Positions 38,476 through 49,256 of a DNA stretch of 64,000 bases are shown piece after piece (the first letter of the stretch is position 1; each line of letters starts with the position of its first letter). Source of the stretch: Promethearchaeota archaeon. Its GTDB lineage: Archaea > Asgardarchaeota > Heimdallarchaeia > Hodarchaeales > Hodarchaeaceae. Made by a program: the position numbers and the translations under genes. Where the stretch lies: the NCBI GenBank assembly GCA_048938105.1, contig JBHLMN010000023.1, positions 32,001 through 96,000 on the forward strand, given 5' to 3'. Below the pieces are notes generated by a model. That model worked only from the letters and a program-made list of their open reading frames with translations. It ran no database searches and had not been told where the DNA came from.

Positions 38476-40182
38476 ATGGAACAGGCGGAATTGCGCGAAA
38501 CAATTCAGGAAACACGATCTAGACTAGATTCAGATCATGAAATAGACGAATGGTTGACACTAGCTGATTTTCCTGATGATACACGGGTTAATTTAACTCC
38601 TCGGGGCCGTAGGTTTATTTTTCAAAAAGAGGTTGTTTTAAAAAGTCTTGAACCTGTAGTTAGTCGTGCACAATGGTCTCGCTACCGTTCTAATCCCGAA
38701 ATGTCAATTCCTCTTTCCACAATTCGTCTTTTAGTAGAAAATAAACGCGAGTTACTCATGACATCTTTTACTGTGACAACAATTGGGAATAAGAAGAGCC
38801 CACTTTCTATAAAACTTCCATTAAAAACGCGTAGTAATTCCTTGACAAAGTTATTGGCATTATTTGCTTTATCAAAAAATGTATTCAATACTGGTACTTA
38901 TCAAACAAAAGATAAAAAACAGGTTGAGTGTTTAATAGAGACATTTGAATCGATATTTGATTATTCTCTCTGCAGCAAAGAAGAGATTCCTCAAAATCAG
39001 AGAGGTTTCTACATCAAAATCCCGACACAAATATGTTCTGCTTTAGTTAAAGCATTCACAGGGGAATTTCAGGCTAGTGTTCCACAAATTATTCGTTCGA
39101 TCGGTAAATGTCAAGATGAAAAAGATATAGTAGATTTTATAATAACATGGCTTCAATTTTCAAGGATTTATCGTTCGGAGAGGGATCAGGAATATCTTTA
39201 CAAGTTCCGTGTTACTGATGAAACTCGAGCTCTAATCGAACTTATCAAAAAACTTGGTGTGAACTATAAGGATGGGGCGATCAGACATAGCAAAAAAATA
39301 GATGGTAAATATGTAGAGCATAATATTCCTGTATATCTGATCCCTAAAGAAAAAGATAATGAAGTGATCCTTAATACTCATTCGTCACGAGTTTCACGTC
39401 TTCAAGCTAAAATTCAGAACCAAGAGGCTTGGATTAGGGAATTAAAGGCCATCAAAGAGGATCTTGAGAATAAGCTGGAAAGAGTAACCCAGAGTAGCGA
39501 TGCTAGCTTAACTTGGTCCAGAGCGGTAGACGAACGAGATAAAGAGAATCTCACGGAAAAGCTAGAGGAATTTGATCGAATTCTTCAACATACTCGTCGA
39601 GAAACTGCAGAACTTAGACGGATTTTAGAAGAAAGCAATGAAATTGCTTCGGAGGATCCCATAATAATCGAAGACACAGCAGCACCTGATGTAATCAACG
39701 GCCTTGATCGTTTACGAAAAGAGGTTGATCGGTTAAAAGAACAATTAGCTGAAATTAGTCGTCCACCTGCTTCAAGCAAAGAATTAAGCTATAGAGTTAC
39801 TCAGGAAATCACTATGAAGTCAGAGTCGTCTCCTTTTCCTGTTATCGATGTAAATTATTCTTCATTAATTAAGACCTTCTTGGCTCATCCTGATAACTGG
39901 GTTTTGTTCATATTGAGTATAGAACAGCCACTTACACAAGAACAGATACGAAATATTTTAGGAATACCTGTAGAAAAACGAGTGGATCTACTCAAACGTC
40001 TTAATGATTTTGTGGATAGAAAAATTCTAAAAGTTGAAATTTCATCACAAGGAGAAGAAATCTATAAGATAGATAAATGGCAACAATCAGATCTTATTAG
40101 AGGTTATATCACGACTCTTTTGGGGAATAAAACTCTAGTACCACTAAAAATTCGACAATTAGTTCGTAATGTCTTACGTTAG
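38476..40182 (+). CDS. Hypothetical protein: HTH, degenerate LAGLIDADG-like region, coiled coil and C-terminal winged helix
   Basis: 568-aa ORF. Domain layout read by eye; see findings. Confidence 0.55.
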   Translation: MEQAELRETIQETRSRLDSDHEIDEWLTLADFPDDTRVNLTPRGRRFIFQKEVVLKSLEPVVSRAQWSRYRSNPEMSIPLSTIRLLVENKRELLMTSFTVTTIGNKKSPLSIKLPLKTRSNSLTKLLALFALSKNVFNTGTYQTKDKKQVECLIETFESIFDYSLCSKEEIPQNQRGFYIKIPTQICSALVKAFTGEFQASVPQIIRSIGKCQDEKDIVDFIITWLQFSRIYRSERDQEYLYKFRVTDETRALIELIKKLGVNYKDGAIRHSKKIDGKYVEHNIPVYLIPKEKDNEVILNTHSSRVSRLQAKIQNQEAWIRELKAIKEDLENKLERVTQSSDASLTWSRAVDERDKENLTEKLEEFDRILQHTRRETAELRRILEESNEIASEDPIIIEDTAAPDVINGLDRLRKEVDRLKEQLAEISRPPASSKELSYRVTQEITMKSESSPFPVIDVNYSSLIKTFLAHPDNWVLFILSIEQPLTQEQIRNILGIPVEKRVDLLKRLNDFVDRKILKVEISSQGEEIYKIDKWQQSDLIRGYITTLLGNKTLVPLKIRQLVRNVLR

Positions 40183-40207
40183 TTGATTGCTTTTCTAATT
40201 TTTAAGC

Positions 40208-40540
40208 TTATAAGTCATCAATTATTTTTAAGGCTCGTAACAATTCCTGTCTATCAGAATCCTTTGCGACAAGAACATTTGTGGGTTTTTCTGGGGTTGG
40301 CTGTGATTCAAGGCCAGACGATGCAATTATATCAGCTTTATCGTCTGATATTGAAGATTTACTCAATCCAGAGATTTGGTTGAAATGCTCTTTTAATTTA
40401 ATAATTTCTTCTTTAAGATTGTCTATTTTTTGATTTTGCTCCTTAATTTGGTCGCCAAGTAACCTTGCTACTTTTGTTAGAGTTTCAATTCTTTTCGCAT
40501 TAATACTAATTGCTTCATCAATAGGTGCCATTAAAATCAC
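40208..40540 (-). CDS. Small coiled-coil protein with C-terminal amphipathic helix
   Basis: Heptad N-terminal half, low-complexity linker, ends DRQELLRALKIIDDL. Confidence 0.6.
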   Translation of the reverse strand: MILMAPIDEAISINAKRIETLTKVARLLGDQIKEQNQKIDNLKEEIIKLKEHFNQISGLSKSSISDDKADIIASSGLESQPTPEKPTNVLVAKDSDRQELLRALKIIDDL

Positions 40541-40678
40541 ATATTAAGAATTCATGATGAATCCATTCAATAACTAAATCTTCAAGTTACTATTATATGG
40601 GTTTAACTATATAATACATGAAATCTTTTTATCATTTGTTTATTTTTTACTTTATATCCAATCCAATGGGTTCAAAGA

Positions 40679-43234
40679 ATGAAGCCAAATTCAGCGCAAT
40701 GGGAGCAGGCACTGGAGGCAGACAAAGATTATTTTATATTAAGTACTGTGTATGATGCGCAAACAAATGGTGCTGGAATCAAATTATATGATGTTGAAAA
40801 GAAAAAAGTGATATATGTCACTGATACATATGGTCATGAACCGTATTGCTTTAGTCGAGAACCACTTCAGAAAGTACAAGCAATTAAGTTTCCTCCTGGA
40901 ACTGTAAAAAGGATTGAAACCATTATTAAAAGAGATATCCTGAATGAGATGGATGAAGATCTCACACGAATTGTAACTCCCACACCTAGTGAAGTTCCTA
41001 AAGTAAGAGATATTATTGGAGATACATGGGAGTCTAGGATCAAATATCATCGAAATTGGATTTATGATGTTCAAATTGTACCTGGTAGGCGTTATTGGTG
41101 GGATCCTGGGAAAAAAAGATTTATTCAATCTCAAAGTATGAGTTCTGGGTTAGATATTCCACAAACTATCATCGAGTATCTATCCAAGTATGAAGGTTTA
41201 ATTGAAGTTTTTCGTGATGATTTTACGCAAGAAATTCCAGATATACCAATTGTGGCTTGTGATATAGAAACAGAGTACTCTAAAGGACAGATTCCTCAAG
41301 CAGCGGACCCGAAATTTCGAGTTATATGCATTTGTTTCGCTGATAGTGATGGTAACGAGATTGCTTTAGTACTAGATCGTAAGGGGATAGAAAAGGGTGA
41401 GAAACCCGATCAATTATCCCCTCATGTTCAAATTCAAAGGTTCTCTGATGAATTGGCTCTTTTGAGGCAAGCTTTTGAAATTCTAAACAAGTATTCAATT
41501 ATTGTTACTTTTAATGGAGACAACTTTGATTTTCCCTATCTTCACGAACGTGCCAAGTACCTTAAGATTGGTACTTATAGTCCTATCAAATGGAATCGTA
41601 GAGACAAAAGCTGTAACTTTAAGCAAGCAATACATTTAGATATGTATCGATTTTACCATAATGTTGCAATTCGGGGTTATGCATTTGGAAATCGTTATAG
41701 AGAGGAGACCCTTGATGCAATTGCTCAATCATTGTTAGGAATCGGTAAAATCCCGTTGACAAAGGAGATTTCAGAATTATCTGAATGGGACTTAATTTCG
41801 TATTGCGTACGAGATGCTGAAATTACTTTAAACCTTCTATTATTCGATAATAGAACACCTTTAAACCTAATATTTATTTTAGCTCGTATTTCTAGAACAC
41901 CGATTGATGATTTAGTACGTACAAGCGTATCTAATTGGGTACGAAGTCTATTTTATTATGAACATCGTCGAAGGGGATATCTCATCCCGAATCAAGAAGA
42001 TCTCTTAGTAAAAGGAATACATGCTAGTTCGGAGGCTATAATAAAAGGAAAAAAATACAAGGGTGCCTTAGTTATTGACCCTGTGCCCGGTGTTCATTTT
42101 AATGTAACAGTCATGGACTTTGCATCCCTCTATCCCTCCATCATTGGAACATTCAATTTAAGCTATGAAACTATAACCTGTCCTCATAAGGAATGTAGAA
42201 ACAATATTGTACCCCAAACAGATTATTGGGTTTGTCAGAAGAATCGTGGGATAATAGCTGACGTTATTGGTTTTATCAAAGATGTGCGTGTCCAATGGCT
42301 TAAACCTGAGTCCAAAAAAGATACTACTCATAAAACATTCTTACAGATTCTAGAAAGAAGCCTAAAAGTACTAATTAACGCGTCATATGGCGTGATAGGC
42401 AGTGACAGATTTCCGTTATACTGCCTTCCCGTTGCAGAGTCCACAACAGCTTATGGACGAGATGCAATTGAAAAAACTATCAAAAAAGCACAGAGCTTGA
42501 ATATTCAGGTTCTCTATGGTGACACTGACTCTGTCTTCCTTCAAAACCCCACTAAAGAACAGATCGATGTTATTATCAATTGGAGCCAGGAGAATCTAGG
42601 CGTGAGGTTGGAGATGGAGAAAATTTATAGGTATGTCGTTCTTTCAAAACGCAAAAAGAATTATTTCGGAGTATATCCTGATTCTAGCATCGATGTTAAA
42701 GGATTGATGGGAAAAAAAAGAAATACTCCTCCATTCCTACAGGAAGGATTCAAACAGGTCTTAACCATCTTATCACAAGTCAATACAAATGAAGAATTTG
42801 ATATAGCGAGAAAAGAAGTCATAGCATTAGTAAGAGAGATTTATCAGAAACTGGAAAAGCATTTTTACTCTGGAGAAGACTTAGCGATTACCATGCAACT
42901 GACCCAACCGCTAAAGAGATATAAAGTAAGAGCGCAACATGTGAAAGCTGCAAACCAACTAGAGAAATATTATCAAGAACAATACAAAGATTCTCTTGAT
43001 GAAAATAAACGTAAACGTTCTTTCATAAAAGCGGGGCAATTAATCTGCTTTGTTAAAACGAGAACAGCAGATCGTGTGACTCCTGTTGAATTAATGACTG
43101 ACAAAACCAAGGTTGACGTGAAAGCATATAAATCGATGGTAGATTCAACGTTTGATCAACTATTAGGAGCACTAGATATCGATGTAGAAGAGGTTGCAAC
43201 TGGCCAGGTAAATTTAATGGAATTCTTCGGTTAA
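40679..43234 (+). CDS. polB1: Family B DNA polymerase, PolB1 type
   Basis: Exo motifs CDIET, FNGDNFD, YCVRD. Pol motifs YKGA, DFASLYPS, KVLINASYG, YGDTDS, KKNY. N-terminal GHEPYC and the ETITCPH insert are typical of B1. No intein. Confidence 0.93.
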   Translation: MKPNSAQWEQALEADKDYFILSTVYDAQTNGAGIKLYDVEKKKVIYVTDTYGHEPYCFSREPLQKVQAIKFPPGTVKRIETIIKRDILNEMDEDLTRIVTPTPSEVPKVRDIIGDTWESRIKYHRNWIYDVQIVPGRRYWWDPGKKRFIQSQSMSSGLDIPQTIIEYLSKYEGLIEVFRDDFTQEIPDIPIVACDIETEYSKGQIPQAADPKFRVICICFADSDGNEIALVLDRKGIEKGEKPDQLSPHVQIQRFSDELALLRQAFEILNKYSIIVTFNGDNFDFPYLHERAKYLKIGTYSPIKWNRRDKSCNFKQAIHLDMYRFYHNVAIRGYAFGNRYREETLDAIAQSLLGIGKIPLTKEISELSEWDLISYCVRDAEITLNLLLFDNRTPLNLIFILARISRTPIDDLVRTSVSNWVRSLFYYEHRRRGYLIPNQEDLLVKGIHASSEAIIKGKKYKGALVIDPVPGVHFNVTVMDFASLYPSIIGTFNLSYETITCPHKECRNNIVPQTDYWVCQKNRGIIADVIGFIKDVRVQWLKPESKKDTTHKTFLQILERSLKVLINASYGVIGSDRFPLYCLPVAESTTAYGRDAIEKTIKKAQSLNIQVLYGDTDSVFLQNPTKEQIDVIINWSQENLGVRLEMEKIYRYVVLSKRKKNYFGVYPDSSIDVKGLMGKKRNTPPFLQEGFKQVLTILSQVNTNEEFDIARKEVIALVREIYQKLEKHFYSGEDLAITMQLTQPLKRYKVRAQHVKAANQLEKYYQEQYKDSLDENKRKRSFIKAGQLICFVKTRTADRVTPVELMTDKTKVDVKAYKSMVDSTFDQLLGALDIDVEEVATGQVNLMEFFG

Positions 43235-43256
43235 GAATACCTTATTCTCCTCTGCT

Positions 43257-45527
43257 TTAGTAAGATTTCTTCTCTTCTGCCACAATGAATGTAATTTGAG
43301 TACTCTTGATACTATGAGCTAGGAACAATCTCTGAATCCACTCTTGTAATGGGGGAGGATCTGAATCCAGTATTTGATGCCATTGCTCATCAGTAAGACG
43401 GTTATTCATGGGATACTCAAATTCATAATAAGAAAATGTTCCTCCACGAATCAAGCGTAAATTGCCATCATGATCCTGAACCACAACGTAAATGACGAAA
43501 GGATCTCCAGTACCAACTTCCAGGATTTGCCCTGAATTGGGATCAGTGTGTACATCAGCAATGATAGCCATTCGGTCATCAACTTCATTCACCAAAGGTT
43601 TAGCAGTAGGATCATTATAATTTGCTAAGTTCGAAATAAGATTACCGCAGAAGTGAATGAAATTATAATCACTGTCATTTAAGGGTTCATTTTCTAATTC
43701 TTTGATACTAATTTCAACCAAGTGATCAAACAAATTTGCAATCGAGGCAAGTTTGTGACTAAAACCTTCAACAATTAAATCTCTGTCTTCTAAACCATGC
43801 TGCATAAGACGAACAAGGCTACTTAAACGAGCATAAACAGCAGGGTATGGTTCAACATATCCTTTCCTAATTTGAGGTATTGAATTGACAGTGAAGGATT
43901 GTTTAGCGTACAGGATGGTATCATGACGTAATTCCGCCCAAGAAGCCATAGCTGTCATCAATGCCTTGTCTGACCAAGCATCACTGAGCATGAAAGCAGG
44001 GAACCCCTTCTCTGCTGGATGTAATAAAGGAAAGAGCGTATAAAGCCACAACCAATAAAGGTTTTGAGTCCAATCATAATCAGTAAAATTGGCAAATTCC
44101 TTACGTAACTTAAGTATTTGGTCATCATAGCCTAAATAAGTTTGATTCTCATCTTTAAGATGAAAGGCAGCCCGAGAGCTCCCTAACACAGAGAAAACAT
44201 CCAATCCTTTGGGCATGAAGCGCGTGGGGAGTTTGGTATACACTAGTTGTTGGAAAATGTAGGAATCAGGGATGAATCGTTGTCCCAAAAGACGAAAACC
44301 TTGCGTTATGTTTTCAGCTTCATTAGTGTCCCCAATAATCATTGAATTGATGTTCGGTTTGCGATAGTTCTTAGCAAGAGTAATGAATGTTTCAATCAGC
44401 GTATTATTTATTAATTGATCACCTTCCGGGGCTCCTAGTCCTTGCCAAATTTGATAATACTCAACTGGGGTGAGATCATCGCACGTTCCCACATAGAAAA
44501 CTGTTGGTTGATAGATACGATCCCAAATATCCCATACAGTTTCTTTCCCAGAGTTTAAGGTGGTATTAAAAGATGATAATAACAAGAGGGCCATTCTTGT
44601 ATGTTGAATACCTGATTCTTGGAGGAGAAATCCCATTCGACCTGCATACATCATAGCCTTGAAATAATCTGAAAGTATTTTGTTTCGGGTATAATGTCCC
44701 CGAACTTTATATTGAGTGTAATCCTCTTCATAACCAAAGATTGCAGAAAGAGCACGTACACCAGCTTTAATATTGGTCAGTTCAATATTGACAAGAGTCT
44801 CAACCTCGTTGGGAATCAGGGTGGTGTTATCAAGGAGGTAGAGCATAACTGACAAATAAGCGATGTTCTTCTCTAGACAATCACTTACAACATCTTCTGT
44901 GACGATTCCTTTCAAGACAAGTTGATCGTTTCTTAGCGTTTCAAGCATTATTTGGAAATCTGAGGCAAAATATGTTCCCTCTAAAACACGTAAGCTAATG
45001 TCATACAAGACATGATAAGCGTGTAAACAAAGATCGGTAGTAATAAACTTCGGAGAATAATCAAAATCAGAATCATAAAGATCATATATATCCTCATACC
45101 CTTCATCTACTAATGCAAAGCCATATTGATCAATTTGGTCGATTTCTTTATTTGAAAGAGTGAGTCCTTGAAAATTTACATTTGTTAAATTAGAATGTAT
45201 TTGAACTAATGGAATTTGGGGTTCAAAAGACAATCCTTGAGGAGAATAATAACCAAAATTCGTTCTAAGGGCATTGGTAATCTCATATTCTATTGCAGTT
45301 TCAGGAGACGTAGGAATATAATTTTCAGGTTCATCGGAAACCTCAGGTTCACCAGGAGAGTCTGGTATATAGGATGTTTCAGGTAAATCTGGAGTCATTG
45401 ACATATTCAGAGGATTAAAAAATACTATGGCAACACCAAAGCCAAATAATATAATGATGCTCCCAACAACAGAAAATAATAAACCATATTTGCGAAAATT
45501 ACCATCTGGTGCCATTATTAAACACAA
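43257..45527 (-). CDS. DUF3160-domain extracellular protein with N-terminal membrane anchor
   Basis: FITTD, EDYTQYKVRGHY, YFKAMMY, GQRFIPD, SWAELRHDTILYAKQS, GYVEP, IADVHT, FSYYEF, RLTDEQW. Confidence 0.85.
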   Translation of the reverse strand: MCLIMAPDGNFRKYGLLFSVVGSIIILFGFGVAIVFFNPLNMSMTPDLPETSYIPDSPGEPEVSDEPENYIPTSPETAIEYEITNALRTNFGYYSPQGLSFEPQIPLVQIHSNLTNVNFQGLTLSNKEIDQIDQYGFALVDEGYEDIYDLYDSDFDYSPKFITTDLCLHAYHVLYDISLRVLEGTYFASDFQIMLETLRNDQLVLKGIVTEDVVSDCLEKNIAYLSVMLYLLDNTTLIPNEVETLVNIELTNIKAGVRALSAIFGYEEDYTQYKVRGHYTRNKILSDYFKAMMYAGRMGFLLQESGIQHTRMALLLLSSFNTTLNSGKETVWDIWDRIYQPTVFYVGTCDDLTPVEYYQIWQGLGAPEGDQLINNTLIETFITLAKNYRKPNINSMIIGDTNEAENITQGFRLLGQRFIPDSYIFQQLVYTKLPTRFMPKGLDVFSVLGSSRAAFHLKDENQTYLGYDDQILKLRKEFANFTDYDWTQNLYWLWLYTLFPLLHPAEKGFPAFMLSDAWSDKALMTAMASWAELRHDTILYAKQSFTVNSIPQIRKGYVEPYPAVYARLSSLVRLMQHGLEDRDLIVEGFSHKLASIANLFDHLVEISIKELENEPLNDSDYNFIHFCGNLISNLANYNDPTAKPLVNEVDDRMAIIADVHTDPNSGQILEVGTGDPFVIYVVVQDHDGNLRLIRGGTFSYYEFEYPMNNRLTDEQWHQILDSDPPPLQEWIQRLFLAHSIKSTQITFIVAEEKKSY

Positions 45528-45836
45528 AGATATTATCTAAGATACAATACTCCTTTCAACCAAGGTCTTAAAAAAACTATATATTAGAACATACATCTCT
45601 CTATTATAGGATAAAACTTAACATCACAAATATTTTACGTTAAAATTTTCTTTTTCAGGTAGATCGTCGGATAGTTTTACCGTTTTTTATATTAAAATAC
45701 ATAAATAAGAACACCATAAATAAAATCCATTTTTAATTGGTTGGCCCGCATATTATGAAGCTTTTGAAATGATAGAATGATTAGGTTCACTCTATAGTAG
45801 CTAATTCAATATCTAGTTTCTTAAATGTATTTTTGG

Positions 45837-47216
45837 TTAATTTGATTTCCATCCGAGTTTAAAAATAGAAAAGCCCTCAGTTTGATTCAAGTGAGGGAAG
45901 AGACGCTGCGCTAAAGGAAATTCTGGGCTAGATCTCCCAATAAAGATCTTCTGGGGTTGAAGAACAAAGTCTGGATGATTTTCCAGAAATTGCTTAATGA
46001 CTGATTCATTTTCAATGGGATGAAGCGAACAGGTCGCATAAACGATTGATGCGGTCGGTGTTTTTTTAAGGACGGTAGAAGCATTCGACAATAAAGAATA
46101 TTGCAATTGGCTCAACCATTTGGTTTGGTGACGATCAACACGCCATTTGGCATCAGGCCTGGATGCAAAGGTACCTGATCCAGAACAAGGGGCATCTACT
46201 AAAATTTTATCAAATTTAATTCGAAAATTCAACCTCAATCGGAGATCATATTGAATTGGTGATATACTTTCCATCTTTAAAGCTTTGAACTTCGTTACTA
46301 ATTCCGTTAATCTTCGAAAATGATTGTCTAGAGCAATAATAGCTCCTGAATCCTGTTGTAACGTTGCAATGTGAAGTGTTTTCCCACCAGGGGCTGCACA
46401 AGCATCTAATACTACCTCTCCATTCTGGGGGTCTAAGATATGAGAAATAAGTGCTGATCCTTTGTCTTGTATATAATATAATCCCTTCGTGAAAGATGGG
46501 AGTCGTGGAACAGGGGTTTTCCAAGAAAGGACTCTCACCACATCAGAAAGGTGCTGATCTTGTTCGATTTCTACTCCTTCCTCTCTCAATTGATCAATAG
46601 TTTCCATTTTTTTATGATTCAATAGATTAAGTCGTAAATAAACTGGTTTAATAAGATTATTTGAGTCTAAAATTTTTATAGTTGTTTCAAATCCATAAAA
46701 ATCCATCCAATCACGGACTAACCATGTGGGATGGAAAAATTGAACAGCTAGTTTTTCTTCAGGGTCATCAATTGTTTCAATGAATGAGCTTAAATCCCAA
46801 TTCTTCAAGATTTCAAAATAATTTCCAATTAAATGAGTTAAATTAGGATCATTAATTGAATTTAAAGTGATTTTAAGAGCTATTTCAACAAGGTGATCAT
46901 TTTCAATGTCAGAGGAAAATGTTAAAAGATATGTTATAACCCGTAACAGATTACGTAATTGTATTGGGATTTTATCTGCAAGAAATCTCTGAAAATTAAG
47001 GTGAAGAATCCGATTGAGAACATTTTGACGTCTTACGGTTTCAAATACCAGAGCATGGACTTGTGAATAAATCTTTGGAGTTACAGGTTCCAAAGATGTT
47101 GGGATGATCTTCATAGCATTTCTTAAAGAAACCTGGTTCTCCTCATAATACGTTATTATGGTTGCTGCTGACTCGATAATAGCTTGATGACTTTTTGAAT
47201 CAGCTATACTATTCAA
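45837..47216 (-). CDS. RsmB/NOL1/NOP2 family RNA m5C methyltransferase
   Basis: IQD..S, LDACAAPGGKT, LVDAPCSGSG, VYATCS..ENE, GF. Confidence 0.92.
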   Translation of the reverse strand: MNSIADSKSHQAIIESAATIITYYEENQVSLRNAMKIIPTSLEPVTPKIYSQVHALVFETVRRQNVLNRILHLNFQRFLADKIPIQLRNLLRVITYLLTFSSDIENDHLVEIALKITLNSINDPNLTHLIGNYFEILKNWDLSSFIETIDDPEEKLAVQFFHPTWLVRDWMDFYGFETTIKILDSNNLIKPVYLRLNLLNHKKMETIDQLREEGVEIEQDQHLSDVVRVLSWKTPVPRLPSFTKGLYYIQDKGSALISHILDPQNGEVVLDACAAPGGKTLHIATLQQDSGAIIALDNHFRRLTELVTKFKALKMESISPIQYDLRLRLNFRIKFDKILVDAPCSGSGTFASRPDAKWRVDRHQTKWLSQLQYSLLSNASTVLKKTPTASIVYATCSLHPIENESVIKQFLENHPDFVLQPQKIFIGRSSPEFPLAQRLFPHLNQTEGFSIFKLGWKSN

Positions 47217-47244
47217 TTTGACTCATCGTCCTTTAATGAAACAA

Positions 47245-48345
47245 TTAAGTTTCCTTTTGTATTCTGAGTAATCTACCATTATAAGATATACCCTCAAAGG
47301 TATCTCCTTCTGAAAGGTCAGATATTTCACTAGAATCAATGTAATGGGTCTCAAAATTCTCGGTATTCATGACTTGAGCAATCATTCCTCCCTTTTCAAA
47401 GTTTACTAATTGAAATTGCTTAAAATCCTCATCTAAAATTTGTGGTTTAGAGGTGATAAATGATTTTATAGGCAGCTTTACCTTAATTTTTTTCTTAAAA
47501 TCCCAAAATTCCACTTTAGAGTTGTACCCCAAAATTTTAATTGGTTCTTGCTTTAAAATGACTATATCTCCAGGATTAAATTCTGGTAGTGTGATTAATA
47601 CGACGGGTTTGCGTGGGTATTCCTTAGATTTCGATTTATCAAATCCTGCAAATTCCGTGGTTACACTAGTGAAACCACCATGTTTTTTAGCAAATTCACG
47701 TGCCACAGAATTAGCAGTTGATTTTGTTTGAAAGAAAGCATCCAATCCTGATCTCAAAAAGTCTATTCTGAAGAGAGGATTTTTTCCATCAGATTGCAGA
47801 AAAGACTGACTAATCGTTTCAATTTCATCACTCCAAGTTTCTAATTGTTTATTGTCAACCTTTTTCGGCGATCTAATCTGAATTTTAGACGAATAAGATC
47901 CTGAAAGGCGATCTCTACATTCAGAACACCTTCCCCATTCAGTATGTATTGTGAAGTTTTCTGAAATAGTCATCAATGGAACAAACGCGTCAGGACTCGC
48001 ACTAATTTCTACTGAACCATTGATAGCTGTTACCTGACCTTCCTCACTAGATTCAATGTTTACATCACGAATCTGGATTTGATGGGGCCGATAATAAAAA
48101 GTCCATTCTTGAAAAAGGAGCTTGGACAGATTTGTGTTTAATGCAGGTTTTCCAATATCAGCAACCAGGAAATTTGTCCAGTGTCCCTTTATAGAAAGTA
48201 ACTCACAATTTTCACACGCAGTAATATAAATATCACTCTTTTGTTTCAAAATTGGATGATTTTCGAGATAACATTGTTGACATAACCGACTGAAGAAAAT
48301 TTTGTGAGAACCGCACACAATACATTGGGGTGCCACATTATCCAT
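47245..48345 (-). CDS. nmd3: NMD3 family ribosome biogenesis protein
   Basis: CIVCG..LCQQC, CENC, CSEC...YSSKIQIR, C-terminal QVMNTENFET. Start at MDNVAP. Confidence 0.82.
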   Translation of the reverse strand: MDNVAPQCIVCGSHKIFFSRLCQQCYLENHPILKQKSDIYITACENCELLSIKGHWTNFLVADIGKPALNTNLSKLLFQEWTFYYRPHQIQIRDVNIESSEEGQVTAINGSVEISASPDAFVPLMTISENFTIHTEWGRCSECRDRLSGSYSSKIQIRSPKKVDNKQLETWSDEIETISQSFLQSDGKNPLFRIDFLRSGLDAFFQTKSTANSVAREFAKKHGGFTSVTTEFAGFDKSKSKEYPRKPVVLITLPEFNPGDIVILKQEPIKILGYNSKVEFWDFKKKIKVKLPIKSFITSKPQILDEDFKQFQLVNFEKGGMIAQVMNTENFETHYIDSSEISDLSEGDTFEGISYNGRLLRIQKET

Positions 48346-48362
48346 TGTAGGCCCTCCAATAC

Positions 48363-48740
48363 TTATAATGGGGGGATAGAGAATATCAACAAATGTGGAA
48401 TCTTTTTTCCTTCTGATGAAGTAAACCAAAGAACTGCATCTTTATTGATGAGGTTTTTACTAATACCAAGTTCAATAACTGAACCTACAACATTAATGTT
48501 TGCATAATTTTTCATTAATTGTAGGGCATCCTGTGCTGCTATCTCTTGTCCCCTGTAAAAATCGGCTGGGATTTTCATTCGTGCCTTCTCGTTGAATATT
48601 TCTTGATCTAGCAGTGATTCATCACATAAAGCTAGTATTTCGACATTATTTTTTCGATGGATCTTGAAATATACACGGACAGGCGATGATGTAGTTTGAG
48701 AAGAATTATTTGACCGCAACACGGGCACCGCAAGCTTCAC
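48363..48740 (-). CDS. DUF424 family protein
   Basis: ILALCDESLL, FYRG, NVVG, IPH. Usual position between aIF2beta and NMD3. True start probably near 48719. Confidence 0.82.
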   Translation of the reverse strand: MKLAVPVLRSNNSSQTTSSPVRVYFKIHRKNNVEILALCDESLLDQEIFNEKARMKIPADFYRGQEIAAQDALQLMKNYANINVVGSVIELGISKNLINKDAVLWFTSSEGKKIPHLLIFSIPPL

Positions 48741-49122
48741 AGACTTTAATTAAGATTCGTCCCTCTTTAAGAAGTTTAGTATCAGGTTTTCCACATTCTT
48801 CACATAAAACGAACTCTTTCACATATGTTTCTAACTCACGATTAATCATGCCCTTGGAGAATTTCCCTTGTAAACATAATCGTCCTCTTTCTTCAGTCGA
48901 AGATGTGGCAAATTCTCTTGCTAAGTGCTTAGCCAGATGATCCGCCTCTTTTTCTCTGTTTAAAGTCTTGAGGATTCTTGCCCAATCAGTTATCCACGTT
49001 TTATTTCCCTCTCTGAAGACATCTGCCTGCGGAATTTTAAAACGTGACTTTTCAAAAACCTGAGCTGGAAGATTGTTCCTAGCACGTTTAAGAGAAGCGA
49101 GATATTCTTTTTCAGTCGTCAT
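48706..49122 (-). CDS. eif2b: Translation initiation factor aIF2 beta
   Basis: RFKIP, EGNKT, REFAT, YVKEFVLCEECGKPDT, CEACGA. Confidence 0.94.
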   Translation of the reverse strand: MTTEKEYLASLKRARNNLPAQVFEKSRFKIPQADVFREGNKTWITDWARILKTLNREKEADHLAKHLAREFATSSTEERGRLCLQGKFSKGMINRELETYVKEFVLCEECGKPDTKLLKEGRILIKVCEACGARVAVK

Positions 49123-49256
49123 AAAACTTCGAAATCCTTGGAGATTAAGTTGTTAGATTGATCTAGAGATGATTTTCTAACTCATTCCTTCTGACAGGAG
49201 CGAATCCAGCTAGCTTTTTAATCCTCTCGCTAGAAAGTTTAATAGAGCTGATTAAC

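Noticed and set aside
40679-43234. Inteins in PolB (also checked in atpB)
   Set aside because: Lengths are normal and the motifs are contiguous, with no splice-junction signatures.
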